In this document: positions 51,043-60,469 of the stretch, piece after piece
How positions within the stretch are numbered: the first letter of the stretch is position 1
How the letters are laid out: each line of letters begins with the position of its first letter
Assembly (NCBI GenBank): GCA_963662615.2
Contig: CAXXSR010000001.1
Span: forward strand, 1,824,001-1,888,000
Reading direction: 5' to 3'
Source of the DNA: Dehalococcoidia bacterium
Lineage (GTDB): Bacteria > Chloroflexota > Dehalococcoidia > Bin125
Length of the DNA: 64,000 nt
Program-made: the position numbers and the translations under genes
The notes under the pieces: generated by a model
Told to the model about the DNA's origin: nothing
Seen by the model: the letters and a program-made list of their open reading frames with translations, nothing else
The model's database searches: none

Positions 51043-51374
51043 AATACCGCCCAGATCATCCACCCTAAGCGCGAGCGGCCACCAATGCGGCGAGAGCCCG
51101 GATGACCTGCGAGCGCGCGTCAAAAAAACCGCCCCGATCATCAACCCTCGGCGCGAGCGGCCACCAACGCGGCGCACCCGGACCAGCTGCGAGCGCGCGT
51201 CAAAAAAACCGCCCCGATCATCGACCCCCGGCGCGAGCGGCCACCAACGCGGCGCACATTCGGACCAGCTGCGAGCGCGCGTCAAAAAAACCGCCCCGAT
51301 CATCGACCCCCGGCGCGAGCGGCCACCAACGCGGCGCACATTCAGACCCGCTGCGAGCGCGCGTCAAAAAACCG
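51043..51374. repeat. ~80-82-bp tandem repeat, about 4 copies, containing GCGTCAAAAAAACCG
   Basis: gcgtcaaaaaa at ~51117, 51197, 51279 and 51361; the array abuts the SDR stop codon. Confidence 0.93.
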
Positions 51375-52166
51375 TTACACCACCGCCGCCATCCCCCCAT
51401 CGATGTTGACCGCCGTCCCGGTGATGTAACTCGCCCGCTCCGAAGCAAGGAAGCAGATCACATCGCCGGCTTCGTGCGCCTCGCCCACCCGCCCCAGCGG
51501 AACCCGCCGGCCCATCTCGTCGTACCACGCCTCGACCGTCAGCTCCGGCCGTTCCGCCTTCGCCCGCTCGAAGCGCCGCTCATGCTGCCCGCTCTTGAGC
51601 AGCCCCATGCACACCGTGTTCACCAGGATGCCGTGCTCCGCGGAGTCCTTCGACAGCGCCTTCGTCAGCGCAATGCCCGCGGCCCGCGACAGCGACGTGG
51701 GCAAGGAGCCGCCCGGCGCGGCCTTCCCGGCTGGGGTGGTGATATTCACGATCCGCCCCCAGCCCGCGGCGCGCATGTGCGGCAGCGACGCGCGAATGCA
51801 GTAGATCGCCCCATACACCTTGAGCTGAAGGTCGCCCGTCCACATCTCATCCGTCACGGCCTCAAAAGGCGCCGCGGCACTCGTCCCCGCGTTGTTCACC
51901 AGGATGTCCAGCCGTCCCCATTCGTCCACGACCCGTTGGACCAACCGTTGCACCGCGGCCTCCTCGCGGACGTCGCATTGCACCGCCAGGACCGACCCTC
52001 CCGTCGCCGACCGAATCTCGGCGGCCGCCCGCTCCAGCACCTCCAGCCGACGCGCGCACACGGCCACCCGAGCGCCCTCCGCGGCCAGCGACCGCGCCGC
52101 CGCTTTGCCGATCCCCTCACTGCCTCCCGTTACGATCGCGACCCGATCAGTCAAGCCCAAGTCCAT
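51375..52166 (-). CDS. SDR family oxidoreductase (atypical; no YxxxK)
   Basis: TGGSEGIG, NNAG, catalytic segment reads TSLSR. Confidence 0.88.
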   Translation of the reverse strand: MDLGLTDRVAIVTGGSEGIGKAAARSLAAEGARVAVCARRLEVLERAAAEIRSATGGSVLAVQCDVREEAAVQRLVQRVVDEWGRLDILVNNAGTSAAAPFEAVTDEMWTGDLQLKVYGAIYCIRASLPHMRAAGWGRIVNITTPAGKAAPGGSLPTSLSRAAGIALTKALSKDSAEHGILVNTVCMGLLKSGQHERRFERAKAERPELTVEAWYDEMGRRVPLGRVGEAHEAGDVICFLASERASYITGTAVNIDGGMAAVV

Positions 52167-52340
52167 TTCGCCTCCTCCCGGTCACCCCCGGCTCACGGCG
52201 CCGGGAGGTCGCTGTAGGGTATCGCTCTGCGCCACATCGCAGGCCCAGCCCCGATACTATCGACGGCGACTTGACCGACGGCGCAGCGCCGCCATGTCGC
52301 GGTCATCATTCGGCGCCGCCAGAACTCCCGGAGGGCTGCC

Positions 52341-53213
52341 ATGCCGCAGGCAACTGTGAACGGCCTCAAGATCACCTACGCCGAGACCGGCGCCGGCTTC
52401 CCCCTGGTCTGGTGCCACGAGTTCGCCGGCAGCATGGAGAGCTGGGCGCCTCAAGTCTCCTTCTTCTCCCCGCACTACCGCGTCATCACCTACAACGCGC
52501 GCGGCTACCCGCCCTCCCACGTCCCCACCGACCCCCACGCCTACAGCCAGGACCGCGCCGTGGAGGACCTCTACCAACTCCTCCGCTCCCTCGACATCCG
52601 GCAGGCCTACGTGGGCGGGCTCTCCATGGGCGGGTCCACCGCGCTGCACTTCGGGACCCAGCACCCGGACATCGCCCGCGCCCTGATCGTCGCGGCCACC
52701 GGTACCGGCAGCACCGATCCCGTCCTCTTTCGCCAGCAGTGCGAAGCGGTCGCCCGGCGCATCGAGAACGGCGGCATGGCGGCCATGCAGGAGTACGCCG
52801 CCGGCCCCACTCGCGTGCAGCTGCGGCGCAAGGACCCCGCCGCCTGGGAACAGTTCGCCCAGCGTTTCGCCGCCCACTCCCCCGTCGGTTCCGCCCTCAC
52901 CATGCGCGGCGTCCAGGCCCAGCGGCCGTCCATCTTCGACTGCCGCGACCAGCTCCGCGCCCTCGACCTGCCCACCCTGATCATGGCTGGCGACGAAGAC
53001 GAGCCCTGCTTGGAGCCCGCGCTCTTCCTCAAGCGCAACCTCCCGCGCGCCGGCCTCGTCCTCTTCCCGCAGAGCGGCCACGCCATCAACTTGGAGGAGC
53101 CTGACCGCTTCAACCGGGCCGTGCTTGACTTCCTCACGGCGGTGGAAGCGGGCGCCTGGGCCCAGCCAGAAGAGAGCAGCGGCGTGGGCTTCCTGACGTC
53201 CTCCCCGCCCTGA
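52341..53213 (+). CDS. Alpha/beta fold hydrolase
   Basis: YNARGY, GLSMG nucleophile elbow, GDED, SGH. Confidence 0.92.
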   Translation: MPQATVNGLKITYAETGAGFPLVWCHEFAGSMESWAPQVSFFSPHYRVITYNARGYPPSHVPTDPHAYSQDRAVEDLYQLLRSLDIRQAYVGGLSMGGSTALHFGTQHPDIARALIVAATGTGSTDPVLFRQQCEAVARRIENGGMAAMQEYAAGPTRVQLRRKDPAAWEQFAQRFAAHSPVGSALTMRGVQAQRPSIFDCRDQLRALDLPTLIMAGDEDEPCLEPALFLKRNLPRAGLVLFPQSGHAINLEEPDRFNRAVLDFLTAVEAGAWAQPEESSGVGFLTSSPP

Positions 53214-53352
53214 CCGGCGACCCCACAAGACTTCGGTCCAACATCGTCATGGCACGGCGGCTGAGGCGGCACCGCGGCTTAGGTGGCACCGCGGCAGCGG
53301 CGTCCCAAGGCGCCACCTCGCCCGCTATACTCGTGCCCCACGACGCCCCATC

Positions 53353-53455
53353 GTCGGGTGGGCGCGTGGGTCGGGGGCGGGCGTGGGTCGGGCGGTCGGG
53401 TGGGCGCGTGGGTCGGGCGGTCGGGTGGGCGCGTGGGTCGGGCGGTCGGGCGGTC
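53353..53455 (+). repeat. G-rich ~25-bp tandem repeat (GTCGGGTGGGCGCGTGGGTCGGGCG) with about 16 GGG tracts
   Basis: Read directly; lies between TATACT (53326-53331) and the LLM start at 53521. Confidence 0.9.
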
Positions 53456-53520
53456 GCGCGATCCGGCGCCCCGCCCTGCAGCGATGCCGGCGCAACGCGC
53501 GCACAGGAAGGAGCCTGACC

Positions 53521-54912
53521 GTGCTTGAACTGGGAGTGTTTCACAACGGCGCCTCGGATCTGCCCACCGTGATGACGCCCGACGGGGTCGTCGTGAGCGA
53601 CGGCACCTTGGACGAGCTGCACGAGAGCGACCAGCGCGTGACTATCAACCAGGTGCGCCATGGCGTCCTCGCCGACCAGTTGGGCTTCAACTACTTCTTC
53701 ATGACGGAGCACCACTTCCAGCCGGAGGGGGTCGAGCTGAGCCCCAGTCCCATCCTCATGGAGACGGCCATCGCCGCTCGAACCAGTCGCATTCGCTTGG
53801 GGCAGTTGGCCAACATCCTCACTTGGTGGCACCCCATCCGGCTCGCCGAGCAGGCCGCCATGCTCGACGTCATCAGCGGCGGCCGCCTCGAATTCGGCAT
53901 GGGCCGTGGCTATCAGCCGCGCGAGACGGAAGTGCTGGGCGGCGTCATGGGCGCCACCGTCCAGGATCAGGAGCGCAACCGCGCCTACTTCGAAGAGGCC
54001 TACGAGATCATCATGAAAGCCTGGACGCAGCCGTCGTTCGGGCACCACGGCCAATTCTTCAACCTGCCCCCCAGCTACACCAGTTGGAATCACAAGCAGA
54101 CCATCGCCTACTTCAACCAGCCCAAGGTCGATCATGATGTCAATGACGTCCTCAGCTTCGGTCCACCGGACATGTACTCGCAGGGCAGCCCGGTCCTGGC
54201 CACCACCACCACGCTCAAAGAGATCAGCATCTTCCCGCGCCCGTTGCAGCGACCGCATCCTCCGCTCTGGCTGGCCGTCACCAGCAACCGCTCCATCGAC
54301 TGGGCCGCCAAGCGCGGCATGAACTGCTTCACCGTCGTGGAGCCCACCTCACGCATCAGGACGAACGTGGAACGCTACTACGAGTCCTGCGAGAAGGCGG
54401 GCTGGCCCGACCGGCTCGACCGTGGGCGCTTCAAGTTCGGCTGGGACGCCGAAAAACGACGCGGCTTCAACACCTGCCGCTATATCCACATCCTCCGGCC
54501 CGGCAAGGAGAAGGAAGACCTCCAGCGCTACAAGGCCGGCCTCGAGCTCCAATGGGACTATTACGGTCCCTTCGGCTTCTCCTCCGTGCTCGCCGAGGCG
54601 GACGAGGAGCTCTATCCCATGGACATGCGTGTCACCGCCGACTTGCTCATGGAGAAGGAAGTCGCCCTCGTCGGCACTGCGGAACAGGTCGTCGAGAAGA
54701 TCCTCAAGTTCAAGGAAGGCATTGGCTACGACGACTTTCTCTTCACCTGCTGGTTCGAGACCGGTGGCTACTCGGGTGACGAGACCGACGAACAGTTGCG
54801 CATGTTCGCCGCCGACTGCATGCCGGCCCTGGCCGACGCCTGCGGCGGCTTGGTGCAAAATCCCGCGGTCGGTGTGGACTTCGCCCCCAAAGGCGCCGCG
54901 CTGGTCTCCTAG
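53521..54912 (+). CDS. Long-type LLM class flavin-dependent oxidoreductase (paralog of 30127-31521)
   Basis: MTEHH, WWHPIRLAEQAAMLD, PRPLQRPHP; AAGGAG RBS. Confidence 0.92.
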   Translation: MLELGVFHNGASDLPTVMTPDGVVVSDGTLDELHESDQRVTINQVRHGVLADQLGFNYFFMTEHHFQPEGVELSPSPILMETAIAARTSRIRLGQLANILTWWHPIRLAEQAAMLDVISGGRLEFGMGRGYQPRETEVLGGVMGATVQDQERNRAYFEEAYEIIMKAWTQPSFGHHGQFFNLPPSYTSWNHKQTIAYFNQPKVDHDVNDVLSFGPPDMYSQGSPVLATTTTLKEISIFPRPLQRPHPPLWLAVTSNRSIDWAAKRGMNCFTVVEPTSRIRTNVERYYESCEKAGWPDRLDRGRFKFGWDAEKRRGFNTCRYIHILRPGKEKEDLQRYKAGLELQWDYYGPFGFSSVLAEADEELYPMDMRVTADLLMEKEVALVGTAEQVVEKILKFKEGIGYDDFLFTCWFETGGYSGDETDEQLRMFAADCMPALADACGGLVQNPAVGVDFAPKGAALVS

Positions 54913-55031
54913 GCCTTGGACAGGGAGCGGAGGTGGCGCAACCGATCGCCGCCTCCTCTCCCAGACCAGCGCCGCCTCATGACCGGCTCTGGCTCGGACA
55001 AATCCAACCAACGTCGAAGCCGGGCGGCGAA

Positions 55032-55880
55032 CTACACCGCTGCGTCAAGCAGTGCGTCCAGCGCCGGCGCCGGCTCTACGTCGCGATACTCCCGCAAGCG
55101 CGAATAGACTTCGCCCGCTGCCTCATGGAAGCCGCGCGGCATCCCGGCCGCCTCAAACGTCGCCGCGATCTCCTCCATCTCGCCCACAAATCGCCACGCC
55201 TTCGCGGCATTGTTCCGCACGCGCGTGACTGCGCCCTCCGCCAGCGCCGGCTGCGAGCGTGCCCACTCGGCCGCCAGCGCATCCTGCACCCCCTCCTGGC
55301 GGGCCACCCCCAGGATCGCCAACAGCAACGCCGCCGTGCCCTTCGTGTACGCCGCATACGCCATCTTCAACGCCGACGCCGCGCCCACGGCACCGCCCAC
55401 GGCACCGCCCAGGACGATCGGCTCCAGCCGCCCCTCGCGGAAGCCCGCGGCGACCTCATCAGCGCCCGCGCCGGACAAGTAAAGTCGCGTCGTCCCCGGC
55501 CGAATCGCCGGCGGACCAATGATGCCACCATCGACGAATCGAGCACCCGCCCCTTCGATCCGCCGCCCGATCCGACGCGCCCGTTCCGGCGCAATGGCAT
55601 TCGCGTCCACGTACACGCCGTCGAACCCCACACCCGCCACCTGCTCCGCCACGGCTTCGGCCGCGTCCGGCGGGCAGACGCTGATGATGATCCCGCTTCG
55701 CGCCGCCAGCGCCCCCACCGTGCCGACGTCCATCAAGCCCGCGGCGCCGGCGCGCTCCGCCGTCTGCTCGCTCCGGCCCTCGGATGCCCACAGCGCCGCG
55801 GCGCCACCCTCCGCTGCGTTCGCCCCCACCGTCACCCCCATCGCTCCCGGGTGCAGGACCCCAACCGTCACCTCAGTCAT
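55032..55880 (-). CDS. NAD(P)-dependent oxidoreductase, 6PGD/3-hydroxyisobutyrate dehydrogenase-like with DUF1932-type C-terminus
   Basis: HPGAMG, VDANAIAP, DGGIIG, ASALKMAYA, KAWRFVGEMEEIA. Confidence 0.85.
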   Translation of the reverse strand: MTEVTVGVLHPGAMGVTVGANAAEGGAAALWASEGRSEQTAERAGAAGLMDVGTVGALAARSGIIISVCPPDAAEAVAEQVAGVGFDGVYVDANAIAPERARRIGRRIEGAGARFVDGGIIGPPAIRPGTTRLYLSGAGADEVAAGFREGRLEPIVLGGAVGGAVGAASALKMAYAAYTKGTAALLLAILGVARQEGVQDALAAEWARSQPALAEGAVTRVRNNAAKAWRFVGEMEEIAATFEAAGMPRGFHEAAGEVYSRLREYRDVEPAPALDALLDAAV

Positions 55881-56117
55881 CACCGCCTCCTCACAGCCAG
55901 GACTATACGCGAACCCAGCTGCCCCACCTCCTCTCTCACAGCCGCGCCGCGGCCCTACCACGACTCGCCCTGCACCGTTGCCACACGCGCCGGCCCCGCC
56001 ACGCTCCAGGGGGCGCCCCCAGGCGGCGCGGCGGCTGGCGCGGCGCATCCACTAGGAGCGCATCACCGCCCGCTCACCGCAGCGACTATGGTGGCATGAA
56101 AGAAAAGGAGGACTGCC

Positions 56118-56543
56118 GTGACTTCCCAGACCATCCCCGCGACCGTCATCAAGCCTCCCTTCACCGAACAGACCGCCCCAGCCAAGGTGCAGGCCGCTGA
56201 AGACGCCTGGAACTCGCGCGATCCGGAGCGCGTCGCGCTCGCCTACACCGAAGACTCGCAGTGGCGCAACCGCGACGAGTTCTTCCGTGGGCGCGAGGCC
56301 ATCAAAGCGTTTCTGCGGCGGAAATGGGCCAAGGAGCTCGATTACACACTGATGAAGGAGCTATGGGCCTTCACGGGCAACCGCATCTCCGTGCGCTTTA
56401 AGTACGAATGGCACGACGCCGGCGGCCAGTGGTACCGCACGCACGGCAACGAGCACTGGGAGTACGACGACGACGGGCTCATGCGCCGGCGCGACATGAG
56501 CGCCAACGACGTCCCCATCGACGCGTCCGAACGCCGGCTCTAG
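56118..56543 (+). CDS. DUF1348 / NTF2-like (SnoaL fold) protein
   Basis: [28 protein letters not shown]; AAGGAGG RBS. Confidence 0.9.
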   Translation: MTSQTIPATVIKPPFTEQTAPAKVQAAEDAWNSRDPERVALAYTEDSQWRNRDEFFRGREAIKAFLRRKWAKELDYTLMKELWAFTGNRISVRFKYEWHDAGGQWYRTHGNEHWEYDDDGLMRRRDMSANDVPIDASERRL

Positions 56544-56547
56544 CAGC

Positions 56548-56650
56548 CACGAACGGTACCGTGACGGCGGCGTGAGGGATGAATTGAGGAGCGCGCTCAC
56601 CGCGACGCCTGGAACGTCGCCTCGCTGATCGCTGCCGTGAGGGCGGGCGT
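56548..56650 (+). repeat. ~100-bp intergenic direct repeat, copy 1
   Basis: Colinear with 60281-60383, roughly 85% identical; shared core cgcgctcaccgcgacg..tggaacgtcgcctcgctgatcgc. Confidence 0.92.
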
Positions 56651-56863
56651 TGACCCCACGACCCTCCGCCCCACGGTGGTCTATTGCAGAGCGGTCTGCT
56701 GCATGGCGTTCTCCCTCCCCTTCGCTGTCGCACGGATCGGTGAGCAGAGACCGTCCGTCCGACCTACGATGGGCCCGGACGTGGAGATCCGCAACAATCG
56801 ATCGCCGCAATACCGTCGCATGACGGGGGAGAGCGGTCGCGAGTCCAACGAACGTCCGCAACC

Positions 56864-58681
56864 ATGATGGACACCACGTCTCCCTTGCGCCGAGAGATCG
56901 CCGCCGGCGCAGTCGCCGGCTTGATCGGGGGCGCCGTCTTCGCTCTGGCCATGCAGGAGCGGGGCCTGACGGCGGACGTGACGGGTCTCCTAGGCCTTTC
57001 CTCAAGCGCGGGGGGGCTGAGCCTCCATCTGCTGCTCGGAGCGCTGGCCGGGGCAGGCTTCGGCGCCATCTTTCGCTATCAGCCGCACAGCTACGCGACC
57101 ACAATGACCTCCGGCGTGGTCTACGGGCTCATCGTCTGGATCATCGGGCCACTGACCCTGCGACCCATCCTCGATGGCGTAAGCCCCACCTGGTCGGCCG
57201 ACGATGCCGTTGCCGCCTTCCCGAGCCTGATCGGCCATCTCATGTTCGGTGGTCTCACCGGGCTCGTCTTCCATCTCCTCGCAACGCTCGATCGCAGCCG
57301 CCGTCCGGCCGCAGAGGGGCAGCCGGTCGAAGCCCCGCCGCCCAGGCGCGTTGTGATCCTCGGCGGCGGTTTCGGTGGCCTTGGCACAGCACAGCGGCTC
57401 GAACAGCTGTATCGGCGAGATCCCAGTCTGGAAATCACGCTCGTAAGTAAGAGCAACTATCTGCTCTTCACGCCAATGCTTGCGGAGGTGGCCGCAGGCG
57501 GCCTAGAGGCACAACACATCAGCGCGCCCGTACGGGCAGCATGCCCGCGAACCGAATGCCGGCACGCCGAAGTCGATTCCATCGATGCCGGCGCCAAAGT
57601 CGTGCGACTGCGGACTCGCGGGTCGGTCCGGGCCGCGGCTCTCCCCTACGACCACCTGGTCCTCGCCCTTGGCGCCGTACCGAATTTCTACGGCTTGCCC
57701 GGGCTGCAGGAGCACGCGCTCACTCTGAAAACGCTGGAAGACGCCACGCGACTCCGCAATCACGTCATCGCTGCCTTGGAGCAGGCCGACGCGGAGCGGG
57801 ACGACGCCGAGCGGCGGCGCCTCCTCACGTTCGTCGTCGCCGGGGGAGGCTTCGCCGGAACGGAGACGATCGCCGAGCTGTTCGACCTCGCGCGAAGCGC
57901 GCGGCGCTACTACCCCCACGTGCAGCGCAACGACTTGCGCTTCGTCCTGATTCACTCGGGCGACCGCATCCTGCCGGAGCTCAGCCCGGAACTGGGGACC
58001 TACGCGCTGGACAAGTTGCGGGTACGGGGCATTGAGTTCTTGCTTGGACGCCGAGTCGCCGGCGCAACTGCCGCCGCCGTACTCCTGGACGACGGCAGCG
58101 AAGTGCCCACCCGCACTCTCGTCTGGACCGCTGGAAACCAGCCCAATCCGCTCCTCCAGACGCTTCCCTGCGAGCGCAGCCGTGGCGGGCAGGTCGTCGT
58201 CGACGGCACCCTGCGAGTCCAGGGCCTCAACGACGTCTGGGCCGTGGGGGATTGCGCCCAAATCCCGGACCCCGACTCGGAGGGCCGCTTCTATCCCCCC
58301 ACTGCCCAGCATGCGCTCCGCGAGGGCCGCGTGGTCGCGGAGAATATTTCTGCTGCCTTCGCCGGAAAAGCGTTCCAGGAGTTCCGCTTCCGCACCGTCG
58401 GCACCCTCGTCGCGCTGGGGCACCGCACGGCCGTGGCCGAGATCCGCGGCCGACGGTTCTCCGGCCAACTGGCCTGGCTCATGTGGCGCGCCACCTATCT
58501 CAGCAAGCTCCCCGGCATGGAGCAAAAAGTGCGCGTCGCCCTCGATTGGGCCCTCGATCTCGTTTTCCCGCGCGACATCGTCCTGACCGCGAACGTCTCA
58601 TCCCCCGAAGCGGCGGAACCGGCCGGTTCGATCCGGGCGCCCGAATCGACCGAAGCGCCCGTCGACCACGAGCCGCAGTAG
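56864..58681 (+). CDS. Type II NADH:quinone oxidoreductase (NDH-2) family protein with a fused N-terminal 4-TM bis-His module
   Basis: GGGFGG, LFTPMLAEV, GGGFAG, WTAG, GDCA, AQHA; about 140-aa hydrophobic N-terminus. Confidence 0.88.
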   Translation: MMDTTSPLRREIAAGAVAGLIGGAVFALAMQERGLTADVTGLLGLSSSAGGLSLHLLLGALAGAGFGAIFRYQPHSYATTMTSGVVYGLIVWIIGPLTLRPILDGVSPTWSADDAVAAFPSLIGHLMFGGLTGLVFHLLATLDRSRRPAAEGQPVEAPPPRRVVILGGGFGGLGTAQRLEQLYRRDPSLEITLVSKSNYLLFTPMLAEVAAGGLEAQHISAPVRAACPRTECRHAEVDSIDAGAKVVRLRTRGSVRAAALPYDHLVLALGAVPNFYGLPGLQEHALTLKTLEDATRLRNHVIAALEQADAERDDAERRRLLTFVVAGGGFAGTETIAELFDLARSARRYYPHVQRNDLRFVLIHSGDRILPELSPELGTYALDKLRVRGIEFLLGRRVAGATAAAVLLDDGSEVPTRTLVWTAGNQPNPLLQTLPCERSRGGQVVVDGTLRVQGLNDVWAVGDCAQIPDPDSEGRFYPPTAQHALREGRVVAENISAAFAGKAFQEFRFRTVGTLVALGHRTAVAEIRGRRFSGQLAWLMWRATYLSKLPGMEQKVRVALDWALDLVFPRDIVLTANVSSPEAAEPAGSIRAPESTEAPVDHEPQ

Positions 58682-58685
58682 CGAC

Positions 58686-60167
58686 GTGCGCTACCCCCTG
58701 ATCCGCTCGGACGGCCTGGTCGCTTGGCTCCTCTCCGGTGCCCTGGCGGGGCAGGTCGGCGCTCTCGTCTTCGGCCTCGCCATGTGGGAGCTGGACGACC
58801 TCGATTCGGTCGCGTCGGTGGCCCGCGCCGACGACTCCTTTCTCATAGCCGTCCCGGTCCACTTGGCCATCGCCGCCGTCGTCGGCGCCGGTTTCGGGGC
58901 GTTGGTTTGGCATCAGCGTAGTGGCACGGGCGAGACCTTGCTCTGGGGCCTCACCTACGGCGCCCTCTGGTGGTTTATCGGGCCGCTGACCTTGCGGCCG
59001 CTCTTGGAGGGGAACGCCTTGGGCTGGGATGTGCCCTCAGCGCAGGCGGCCTTCGCTCCCTTCCTCGGACACCTGCTTTACGGCGCGGCCACCGGGCTGG
59101 CGCTCCTGGCGCTGCGCCGGCAGCGCCTCCGCTGGCCAACGATCGGGGCGCTCACACGGGCTGCGATTGCAGGACTCATCGCCCTGTCGATCGTCGGGGC
59201 GCTGCTGAGCGCCCAGGACCGGCTGCACCTTTTTCCCGCAATGTCGCCGGACGCCCAGAACGGGCTTGCCTGGCTGGCCACGCTCGCCATCGGTGGAATC
59301 AGCGGCATCGCGTTCGCCCTGCTCGTCCCGCGCCCGTCGGAGAGCGCCGGCGCCGGGCTCATTCGTGGCGCCATGTACGGCTTCCTGCTCTGGACCGCGC
59401 TCAACCGGACGATCCTCCCGCTGATCGCCGGCGATGGCTTGACCTGGTCGGCGAATGAGGCGCGCGCGGATTTCGCCGCCCTGTTCGCATATCTGCTCTT
59501 CGGCGGCGCCCTGGGGCTCGCCTACCAGTGGCTCGACTCCGCCTGGCGGAACCTTCTCGCCGACGACGTCGGCAACGACGACGAGGAAGGGCCGGGAACG
59601 CGGGGCCTGCGCGCCATTGGGCGGGGCGCGATCGCCGGTGTGGTCGGTGGCCTGATCTTTACCTACGTGATGGTGGAGATCCGCGGACTCGACGACGTCG
59701 CCGACATCGTTCGGGCCGACTCCGAGGCCGCCGGCCTCGCGGTTCACTTCCTGATCGCGGTCATCTGGGGCGTCACCTACGGCCTCTTCTTCCGGCGCCA
59801 AACCTACGACCGTGGCTCCGCCATCGGCTGGGGCGTTTCCTACGGGTTCTTTGTTTGGGTGCTCGGTCCCAACACCCTGATGCCGATCTTGCTCGGATCC
59901 ACGCCTGATTGGACTGCCGACAGCGCCGCCGGCCTGACCGCCAGTCTCGTCGGCCATCTCGCCTACGGCGCCGCTCTGGGCATCACGTTTCACCACTTCG
60001 AAGCACAGCACAGCCCCTGGTGGATGCCGTACCGGGTGGCTGCGGCAGCCCGTGTGGCTCAGAGGCGGGAGCAAGTGCTCACGTCGGCGCCTGCGCTCTG
60101 GGCTCTCGTGGTGATCGTCGGCCTGACCTTGCCGGTCCTGCTCAGCACCGCCGCTCCCGCCGATTAG
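58686..60167 (+). CDS. Polytopic membrane protein with three copies of the same 4-TM module
   Basis: Three GxxAG...H/T...YGxxxW...GHLxYG units; starts 4 bp after the NDH-2 stop. Confidence 0.85.
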   Translation: MRYPLIRSDGLVAWLLSGALAGQVGALVFGLAMWELDDLDSVASVARADDSFLIAVPVHLAIAAVVGAGFGALVWHQRSGTGETLLWGLTYGALWWFIGPLTLRPLLEGNALGWDVPSAQAAFAPFLGHLLYGAATGLALLALRRQRLRWPTIGALTRAAIAGLIALSIVGALLSAQDRLHLFPAMSPDAQNGLAWLATLAIGGISGIAFALLVPRPSESAGAGLIRGAMYGFLLWTALNRTILPLIAGDGLTWSANEARADFAALFAYLLFGGALGLAYQWLDSAWRNLLADDVGNDDEEGPGTRGLRAIGRGAIAGVVGGLIFTYVMVEIRGLDDVADIVRADSEAAGLAVHFLIAVIWGVTYGLFFRRQTYDRGSAIGWGVSYGFFVWVLGPNTLMPILLGSTPDWTADSAAGLTASLVGHLAYGAALGITFHHFEAQHSPWWMPYRVAAAARVAQRREQVLTSAPALWALVVIVGLTLPVLLSTAAPAD

Positions 60168-60280
60168 TGCAACGACCGCCGCCAGCACCAAGCCCGCCAC
60201 CGCCACCGCCACCGCCACCGTCAACGCCTCGGGTTGCTCGCGCCGGGATGGGCTCCACCGTGCTCCCCACATTCCCCGCG

Positions 60281-60383
60281 CCGCGAACGGTACCATGACG
60301 CTGGAGTGAGGGATCAACCGAGGATCGCGCTCACCGCGACGGCTGGAACGTCGCCTCGCTGATCGCAGCCGTGACGGAGGGCG
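60281..60383 (+). repeat. ~100-bp intergenic direct repeat, copy 2
   Basis: Matches 56548-56650. Confidence 0.92.
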
Positions 60384-60469
60384 CGCGTCCGCTCATGGCC
60401 ATGGCGCCAATCGTGAGCGGCGCTTCCAGTTCGCCCTCCTCACGGCCGCCCGAACCTGGAGGTCGAAGA

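Noticed and set aside
51043-51374. CRISPR array
   Set aside because: The variable segments are short and related to each other rather than unique spacers, and there are no cas genes. The same applies to the 13-, 18- and 25-bp arrays.
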